The notes under the pieces are model-generated. The model was given only the letters and a program-made list of their open reading frames with translations. It had not been told where the DNA came from and did not search any database. A stretch of 64,000 bases of DNA from a virus (Duplodnaviria; Caudoviricetes): positions 1,188 to 65,187 of the IMG/VR virus record IMGVR_UViG_3300048911_000095; one strand, given 5' to 3'. The position numbers and the translations under genes were made by a program. Numbering within the stretch: the first letter of the stretch is position 1; each line of letters begins with the position of its first letter. Positions 20,514 to 27,313 of this stretch are shown here, piece by piece.

Positions 20514-20909
20514 TTAGCAATTGCAATCAACCTTATGTCCTGCTTCAATTTTGATTCCAGTGCCGTTACATTCAGAGCATTCTGGTCGATGATTCGGACA
20601 AAAGCCGTCTGAATCTATTAACACTTTGCCGTCTGTACGTGTGCAATCAACGTTTGCATCGTTACAGTGGAATTGAACGGATACACGGCGCAATTGTTCG
20701 ATGATTCTTTCGTCCGTGGTCATTCCGTTACCTTCCAAGTCTGATATGTCAAAACCGTAGCTTTCCAGTTTTTCAATAAAGCGATTCTCAGAGTCTATTT
20801 GCCTTTCAGACTGATAATCATCCTCGCTGGTTGGCATTGCCTCACGTCCAAGCGCCAATAGGTAATTCTTGACGCGCATGTTTTCTGCTTTTATTTCATC
20901 TATCGTCAT
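20514..20909 (-). CDS. Cys-rich early protein
   Basis: CPNHRPECSECNGTG and a C-terminal CNC. Confidence 0.6.
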   Translation of the reverse strand: MTIDEIKAENMRVKNYLLALGREAMPTSEDDYQSERQIDSENRFIEKLESYGFDISDLEGNGMTTDERIIEQLRRVSVQFHCNDANVDCTRTDGKVLIDSDGFCPNHRPECSECNGTGIKIEAGHKVDCNC

Positions 20910-21028
20910 TGCTTTTTACCTCTTAAGAGAAAACATGAAAGATTGCCAGTAGAACGCAATATGCGATTTCATCGATTCTTTCATTCGTAAGTCTCTCTTT
21001 TCCCATTTGCCTTTATCCTCTCGTTTTT

Positions 21029-21875
21029 AGTGTCCGATACTCTCATTTGAAACGGTTAGGATGCCGTCTTACGTTTAGCTTCTTACTTGCCTTTCGGCTT
21101 TGAAAGTTTGCGGATCGTGTTCTAACCGTTTCACTATGAAACTATCGAAAATGCCGAATGTTGGACACTTCCCAACATTGTTATCAAAACCCTTTTCTAT
21201 AATCCAAATTGCATGCATATCTAGCATGACTCACTTTGTTCGGAATGTGTTCAACCTCTTAACGCTTGCGGTAAGTTTCTGTCTACTATTCGATGCTAAC
21301 CGGATAATCAATTGTTAACACCACGGATACGAAACTTACTCTTATGTTATTGCAAGATTTGATGCACGTATTGTGCCGTCTGAACTACCAGCTCCAAAGG
21401 CCGATAGGTTGCGAATTATCCATTTTCGCGTTTTACCTTACGAGGATTTCTATCTGTCTGGCTTGCTATGATCTAAAGCAACTACCAACAGACGCTATTA
21501 ACCCTTTCGGAATTTGGTTGCTAACCGCTTTCCTACTTAGGCCATTCCAATTTTCAAACATCCAAGCCTTTCAGTGTTTACGCATCCACAATGCGATTTA
21601 CTTTCCATTCTCAGGAAACACCAAGCTAAGCTTTGAATAGCTTCGAATTTTCAATTTTCCCTTTGATCGTTAACTAACTGTCGAATCTCTATATTTCAAG
21701 TTTTGGCTTTATTTGGTTTGCCAGAGTTTTCAATGATTCAACCTTTTTCGTTTATATCAGGCTTACTCTTTATTTCGTCCTGATCGCTTTGAATACTGAC
21801 CTCAGTTAGCGAAGTGGCTTTATCCTCGCATTGTCCATAACCAAGGTTTTCAAATTGCCTTTCTTCAAAGCAATC
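21029..21875 (-). ncRNA. candidate large structured non-coding RNA (~850 nt), class unassigned
   Basis: No long minus-strand ORF; more than 15 nested helices found by hand, with irregular pairs resolving as G-U only on the minus strand; upstream TTGACA-N18-TAAGAT. Confidence 0.7.
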
Positions 21876-21877
21876 AC

Positions 21878-21907
21878 ATCTTAATCCTTTTTCATTTCTC
21901 TTGTCAA
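21878..21907 (-). promoter_or_regulatory. strong sigma70-like early promoter
   Basis: TTGACA (plus tgtcaa 21902-21907), N18, TAAGAT (plus atctta 21878-21883); AT-rich upstream. Confidence 0.75.
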
Positions 21908-22517
21908 TATCTAATTTTACTATTTTTTAATGTGCCTCTTATCCGAATCAACCAGCCTACCAATTAACACCTTTCCGTCCTCACCTTCCTATCCTTTACC
22001 AGCCTTTCTAACACTTACTCCTTTATATTTATTTCTTTTCTTAAGATTTAATCCTCTCTTCATGTCGTGAAAATGTTACACGGATATCCGTGGAAGGTGA
22101 AAAGTTTAAGCGTGGTATGTTCCACGGATAACCGTGGTAGTTATAGGCCGGTAATTACTGCCTTTCTATGGTTATTAGACACCTGTTTACCTATAGTGAC
22201 TAATCATCCAGGACGCACGGATAACTCATGATTCGATGTTGGATCATTGGATCATTCGGTTAGCCGGATGCGGTAAAAGATCATAGCTGAACACTGGCAA
22301 TTGATCGTCATTTCTGATCGTTGTTTGATCGTTAATCGATAAAGCCTCTCTGCTACTTACTTACTCACTAGGTAAGCCGAAACTACCTCTTTTGCCTGAA
22401 AACCAGCCAAAAAGCCTCTATTCGCACGCAGCAAGGCATATAAACACACTCATAACGGCCAATGTTGGACACTTCCCAACATTTCATTATTCAATGTTTT
22501 ATTGGTTAATAATGCGG

Positions 22518-22546
22518 TTTACTTAGCTAAGTAAGTTTGTTATCGT
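22518..22546 (+). promoter_or_regulatory. leaderless promoter overlapped by a perfect 16-bp palindrome
   Basis: TTTACT-N17-TATCGT-N7-ATG; TTACTTAGCTAAGTAA at 22519-22534. Confidence 0.55.
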
Positions 22547-22553
22547 CTATCTC

Positions 22554-22748
22554 ATGGCCATTACACACAAACAGGTAACAGTGAGGCTTTGCACGTGTGA
22601 GAGATGCGGACACGCTTGGATACCTCGAACACCTATAGCGCCGTCTATTTGTCCGCAATGCAAATCTAAGCTATGGAATACACCAAAGGATAATGATGCA
22701 TTGCCAGACGTGAAACAGATCATTCCAGACGATGACTTTGGCGCATGA
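22554..22748 (+). CDS. small zinc-ribbon protein, putative regulator
   Basis: CERCGHAW-PR...P..CPQCKSKLW. Confidence 0.7.
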   Translation: MAITHKQVTVRLCTCERCGHAWIPRTPIAPSICPQCKSKLWNTPKDNDALPDVKQIIPDDDFGA

Positions 22749-22900
22749 TCGTCTGTCGGATCATTGCCAGCCGGATCAATGATCGATCCAAAAAGGCATC
22801 GAAAAAAAAATCGAAATTGGTATAACCAGGCCCGGATTGGCTCATGTTAAAATCTGAGAAAAAATTTCTAAAAAAAATATAAATGGTTTAAGAATAGGAG

Positions 22901-22955
22901 GGTGGAGTATGGTGCATGAAATGTGGGTGGAGTATGGTGCATGAAATGTGGGTGG
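22901..22955 (+). repeat. 25-bp tandem duplication
   Basis: GGTGGAGTATGGTGCATGAAATGTG twice, plus GGTGG. Confidence 0.9.
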
Positions 22956-23161
22956 TGGTGGTGAATGGAACGGGGCAGATGTTGACGGCTGCTGGGAGTG
23001 GTACTAGCGAGGTTGGTTTGGCGAGGCAGTTTGGGAGTGAGGTGGAAGCGGTGGCGTGGTTGGATGGTGAATTTCGGGCGTTGGTGCCGGTGGATGATCG
23101 TCGGTATTACGGTGGGGTATTTGTGGTGGTGAAGTTGGCTGTTATGGATTGGGATGGTTGA
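22934..23161 (+). CDS. hypothetical protein
   Basis: ATG in the second repeat copy, preceded by GGAG. Confidence 0.45.
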   Translation: MVHEMWVVVVNGTGQMLTAAGSGTSEVGLARQFGSEVEAVAWLDGEFRALVPVDDRRYYGGVFVVVKLAVMDWDG

Positions 23162-23204
23162 GGGGATTTATGGGTTATGAGGACGAGGAATTTTGGGTTG
23201 GTGA

Positions 23205-23528
23205 TTGGATGGAGTGATGATGGGGAACGGTCGTAGTTCTGGTTTATTTGCGTCGATCGCATTTTGTCCGAGTTGTGGGTGTCGGGCGTTGCGGGAGGAT
23301 GATTACGGGCGATCTGGGAAGCGAGGGCGAAAGGGTCCGAGTGGTAAGAGGTCGTGGATCTGCGATTCGTGCGGTTTGGGGTTTCGTGTTTTGCCATCTC
23401 AGCGGCATGAGATGGCGATGTCGTTGATTCGGGATCACAGGGTTGGCCGGTACATGGATGACGCGAGGAATCGCGGTGGCACGTGGGCTGTGGAGGAAGT
23501 TGACAAAAACGGTCGAAAAATCGGCTAA
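23205..23528 (+). CDS. zinc-ribbon hypothetical protein
   Basis: CPSC...CDSC. Confidence 0.55.
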   Translation: MDGVMMGNGRSSGLFASIAFCPSCGCRALREDDYGRSGKRGRKGPSGKRSWICDSCGLGFRVLPSQRHEMAMSLIRDHRVGRYMDDARNRGGTWAVEEVDKNGRKIG

Positions 23529-23639
23529 TTTGAGAATTTTATTGATTTTTACTATTTTTTGTGATAAGGTAATCGGGCAATTTGGGATGGTCCTTGAGGG
23601 GATCGAGAACACGGAAAGGGATTTGAAAAATAGGAGCAT

Positions 23640-24068
23640 ATGAAAACTATGGTTACTGAGGAAGTTGGAAAGACGGTTAAGGGTGCACCGGCCAAGGCCG
23701 CGTCGAAGAAGGGTGGTTCCAAGAAAAAGGGATTGGGTAACGGGAAGGCGTTGGCGGACACGAATATTTCCGGTGCGCCGTATTTGCCGGATGACACGTT
23801 CAAGCCGACAGTGGTCAAGGAGCTGGATATTGCGGTGCGGAAGATCGAGAACGAGTTAAAACCGGCGTTTGCCGCGGCCAGGGATGCTCTTGTGAAGGCG
23901 CAGGAAGATCTGCTTGAGAAGTGCCACAAGCACAAGGCCGCGTTTGTTGAAGATCCGGTTACGAAGTCTCAGGTCTATGACGTTAACGGAGCGAAGATCG
24001 AGTTGCCGGTGATCCAGGACAAGATCAAGACGAGCCTGAAGAAACCGAAGGACGCGCAGGATGTTTGA
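23640..24068 (+). CDS. Lys-rich hypothetical protein
   Basis: AGGAG RBS; coiled-coil-like core. Confidence 0.65.
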   Translation: MKTMVTEEVGKTVKGAPAKAASKKGGSKKKGLGNGKALADTNISGAPYLPDDTFKPTVVKELDIAVRKIENELKPAFAAARDALVKAQEDLLEKCHKHKAAFVEDPVTKSQVYDVNGAKIELPVIQDKIKTSLKKPKDAQDV

Positions 24069-24141
24069 TCGGGATTTTCGGGGGTGGCCGGTCCAAATAG
24101 TGATGGGCTTGTCATGGTCGGTTTGCCCTTGAAAATGATGG

Positions 24142-24567
24142 ATGGCTGCTTACGGGGGAGTGGACAGCCATCCATTTTTAGGCTTTAGAAAAACGAAAAA
24201 GGTTGAGGTAAGGAAAATGGCAAGATATATGACAGACAAGGACACGGCAAAGGTCGTGGCCGGGAAGTTCGTGGCTCAATACAAAAAAGGTGCTGGTGAG
24301 ATCGATTTATGCTCAGATTTCCTTCTTTGGATGCAGGACAATTACGAGGCTGGTGTAACCGTCACTGTGCCGAACAGGAAAAGACAGCTTGGCTCGGCAT
24401 TTTCGTTGAGAAATTTGGTTACGGTGAAGGTGTCCGGGTTCACATTACCGCTTAAGAATATAACGTTTTGTGCTGGCGTCGACGCCAAGAGTTGCATATT
24501 GGAGATCCCGATCGATGCCGTTCTGATTGTCGAGGACGATGCGGAGGTGGACGATGGCAAGAAGTAA
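24142..24567 (+). CDS. hypothetical protein
   Basis: Probable start at MARYM after GAGGTAAGGA. Confidence 0.55.
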   Translation: MAAYGGVDSHPFLGFRKTKKVEVRKMARYMTDKDTAKVVAGKFVAQYKKGAGEIDLCSDFLLWMQDNYEAGVTVTVPNRKRQLGSAFSLRNLVTVKVSGFTLPLKNITFCAGVDAKSCILEIPIDAVLIVEDDAEVDDGKK

Positions 24568-24769
24568 ATTCGTTATATACCACACGGCTCTCAATGATGA
24601 TTGGGCATTCAGGCTGGAGAACGGCGAGGGGATTCCTATTTTGTCGCAGGAAGGATTTCCGACAATGGAAAAGGCTCTGGATCGGATCAAAGAGATCAAG
24701 CGGGTCGTTAACCGCTACACGTCCATATCGCTGCCAGATCCTAATTTTGATGGAGGACTTGAAAAATGA
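24527..24769 (+). CDS. YegP/DUF1508-like protein
   Basis: FVIY...W-FRL...G..I..QEGF-T...A..RI..IK pattern; probable start at MARSK. Confidence 0.55.
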   Translation: MSRTMRRWTMARSKFVIYHTALNDDWAFRLENGEGIPILSQEGFPTMEKALDRIKEIKRVVNRYTSISLPDPNFDGGLEK

Positions 24770-24975
24770 GTAAAGGACACTGCCGACACTGCGATAAGGA
24801 TTACGAGCTTAAGACCTCGCTGATAACCAGGAATTGCCCGGACTGCATTCGATCTGGCCATTCGTTCACCGGCGTTTGTAAGCGGTGCAAGGATGAAAAC
24901 GACGATATATCGCCAGACAAGCGCAACAAATCGCGAGTGACCATTCACGAACCTGAGTGGCCTGAAGTTGCATGA
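24766..24975 (+). CDS. small Cys-rich protein
   Basis: CRHC, CPDC and CKRC. Confidence 0.55.
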   Translation: MSKGHCRHCDKDYELKTSLITRNCPDCIRSGHSFTGVCKRCKDENDDISPDKRNKSRVTIHEPEWPEVA

Positions 24976-25227
24976 AAAAGTTCCATCGTCAATTATCGGG
25001 GACCGTGGCGCCGACAGAACAGTAATGGTACGAGATGCTTGTGATCGAAAAGCATTTTCCTGTTTTCGTCGGCTACATAGCTCACAAATGGAAAACCACG
25101 GAACAGGATATTTTTACCTATCTAATGGATTGGGCGATGGCCGACAACCTTTGGGTGGTCGAATCGCTTCATTTGATGATGAACACGGAATATCATCAGG
25201 CGAATTTTAAGAAGTTTTTACGAATCT

Positions 25228-25635
25228 ATGGCGTTAATTAAGTGTCCAGAGTGCAATGCGTCGGCCAGCGTCTATGCAACGCGCAATGATCCTATCGAGA
25301 TAGACGAGATCACATATCGTCGGTCGAAGAATTACAAATGTCACAATTACGATTGTCAGAACACTTTCACGACCTATGAGATCTTGAAGCCTGATTTCGA
25401 TAAGCTGACCAAGAAGCCGATCGCTTATCATTCCAGCGTTCCGGTAAAGAAGTTCATTGAAAGTCTTGTATCGGATGCTACATTTGTACTGTCCGGCGGG
25501 ATCAAGTTCGAAACCAAGGACGATCTGAAAGTGTTCCTTGAAAAGTTCCTTGCGTTCGCGGAGATGTTTCAGTACAAGAGGCAGTATGTGAGCAAAAAGG
25601 ACGGATCTATAAAAACATCTGGAGTAGAACAATGA
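25228..25635 (+). CDS. Ogr/Delta- or NrdR-like zinc-finger protein, putative transcription regulator
   Basis: KCPEC...YKCHNYDCQNTFTTYE. Confidence 0.55.
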   Translation: MALIKCPECNASASVYATRNDPIEIDEITYRRSKNYKCHNYDCQNTFTTYEILKPDFDKLTKKPIAYHSSVPVKKFIESLVSDATFVLSGGIKFETKDDLKVFLEKFLAFAEMFQYKRQYVSKKDGSIKTSGVEQ

Positions 25636-26012
25636 AAAATTCGACGCTTATAGTCGTGTGGATTCTCGGGATAGCTGCCGTTTATTACATCACTTGGAAC
25701 GTGTTGGATATTATGGACGGCCACGCATCGGTACAGGGAACGGTCAACGTTCAGGTCTATCCTGAAAAGACACCTACACCAAAGCGAGAGTGGAAAGAGC
25801 CAGAGGCCGGAATGTCGATGTCCGACTTTCTGGAGCTGTGCAACGATGGCCATGTGAACCAATACGACAAGGTTAGTGTTTACGAGAGCCAGAGGCATAA
25901 GATCACGACGATCCGGTTTGCCTATATGGATTCCAGGGTGCGGACCAATTGTTGGGGAACGTTTACCTTTGTCGATTTTCAGCTAGATTCGATCTTTCGA
26001 GGGGCGGTATGA
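25632..26012 (+). CDS. membrane-anchored protein
   Basis: N-terminal hydrophobic segment followed by a small soluble domain. Confidence 0.55.
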   Translation: MKNSTLIVVWILGIAAVYYITWNVLDIMDGHASVQGTVNVQVYPEKTPTPKREWKEPEAGMSMSDFLELCNDGHVNQYDKVSVYESQRHKITTIRFAYMDSRVRTNCWGTFTFVDFQLDSIFRGAV

Positions 26013-26275
26013 AACCGATTCAATTTCCAGAACAGAATTGCATCATGAAGGGCGATGACGGCGTTGGAGATCTGCCTGTGTTTATGTCGCAGAATTATGT
26101 TACGTCCAAGTGGGAACTGTCCCCCGAGGACATCAAGTTTATTCAGGAAATGGCTTCATCTATTTACTGATTTGGCTGCCATTTCAACCGCCGGTATTAG
26201 TCACGGCCAGCCATGTTTTCATGGATACCGAAATCAAGGCCGAAGATGACAAAATCTTAGAGGCACCGCCAGTAT

Positions 26276-26602
26276 TTGAGGATTAAGATCATGGCTCATC
26301 CCTGTTCAATGTTTCACACCAGCAAATATGCTTACAAGGCCAAACCGCGTCACTGCCTTAAGCTGTCGATCGGGAAAGTTGTCATTCCGACGGGCTTAAT
26401 CAGCGAAACCATAGCACCCTTTACCGAGATCGCTTTTGCGTGGATCTGTGCGGATCATAAGAGCTACCTCGACATCGCTAAAAATCAGGCAATTCTCGCT
26501 GCGGATGAAATGGTGAAGAAACACGCCGAGATCGAACAGCTATACAATGAGGCAAAGGCCAAAGCCGACAATTTGAAGAAAATCGTCCCTGCCAAAATGT
26601 GA
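26276..26602 (+). CDS. hypothetical protein
   Basis: Co-oriented ORF directly upstream of terS. Confidence 0.5.
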   Translation: MRIKIMAHPCSMFHTSKYAYKAKPRHCLKLSIGKVVIPTGLISETIAPFTEIAFAWICADHKSYLDIAKNQAILAADEMVKKHAEIEQLYNEAKAKADNLKKIVPAKM

Positions 26603-26641
26603 ACCTTGATAATTTCCGCGAATCTGAGTATTTTAGCAACT

Positions 26642-27313
26642 ATGAATTACTCGGACGAATGGAAATCCCTTGGAATCGCGATTGCGAAGCTTCCGGAAGA
26701 AACCAACGACAACTATCAAGCCTTTTTAGCCTTTGCATGGTTGCAGGGTAAAGAAAGGTCCTGCGAACTGGTAGCTGAAAGGACTGGATTCGGATTAGGA
26801 ACGTGCAAGATATGGCAAATGCAGTATCGCTGGTTAGAACGTGCGTCTGCGGTCGATGCCCAACGCTGGCTGCACGAACATTCCGAGCGTGAGAAGTTGC
26901 TGGCCAAGGATAACGAGGAATTTATCAACGCTAACCGCAAGGTCAAGCGGAAATCGCTTCAGTTGAGCAACAAAATGCTTGGTGTCGCTTCCAAACTCCT
27001 CGATGATGCCGAGATGTCCGGCAAGGTGACTGAAACCGGCATGATCGAAACCAAGGACGGTCGCATGGTGCCGACTCTTACGACTATCGAGATGAAGGCC
27101 AAGATCTCCGACATCCCGCGTCTTGTCGATACAGCCGTGAAAGTTGCCAGACTCGCTGCCGATCTGCCGACTGAGATCATCAACGATCTCGGTGTTCGGC
27201 CGGGAACCGATTTCAAGGATCTGTCGCTTGAGGAACTTCAAGAGCTACAGGCCAGTAACCGGAAAAGACTACTCGAAAACGGAGCGGTACAATCTCTCGG
27301 AGATGTTGATTAA
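26642..27313 (+). CDS. terS: terminase small subunit
   Basis: ETNDNYQAF...RS...VA...W...YRW..RA HTH pattern; immediately upstream of terL; ATG 26642 lies 7 nt after TTGATA-N17-TATTTT. Confidence 0.7.
   Translation: MNYSDEWKSLGIAIAKLPEETNDNYQAFLAFAWLQGKERSCELVAERTGFGLGTCKIWQMQYRWLERASAVDAQRWLHEHSEREKLLAKDNEEFINANRKVKRKSLQLSNKMLGVASKLLDDAEMSGKVTETGMIETKDGRMVPTLTTIEMKAKISDIPRLVDTAVKVARLAADLPTEIINDLGVRPGTDFKDLSLEELQELQASNRKRLLENGAVQSLGDVD

Noticed and set aside
21100-21640. Plus-strand ORFs 21100..21318 and 21344..21640
   Set aside because: No RBS, opposite to local transcription, and composition unlike real genes; treated as shadows of the structured RNA.
21029-21875. Large RNA as a group I or II intron, RNase P or tmRNA
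   Set aside because: No recognisable P7 (R/S) elements, domain V, GAGGAAAGUCC or tRNA-like ends, and no interrupted gene flanks it.
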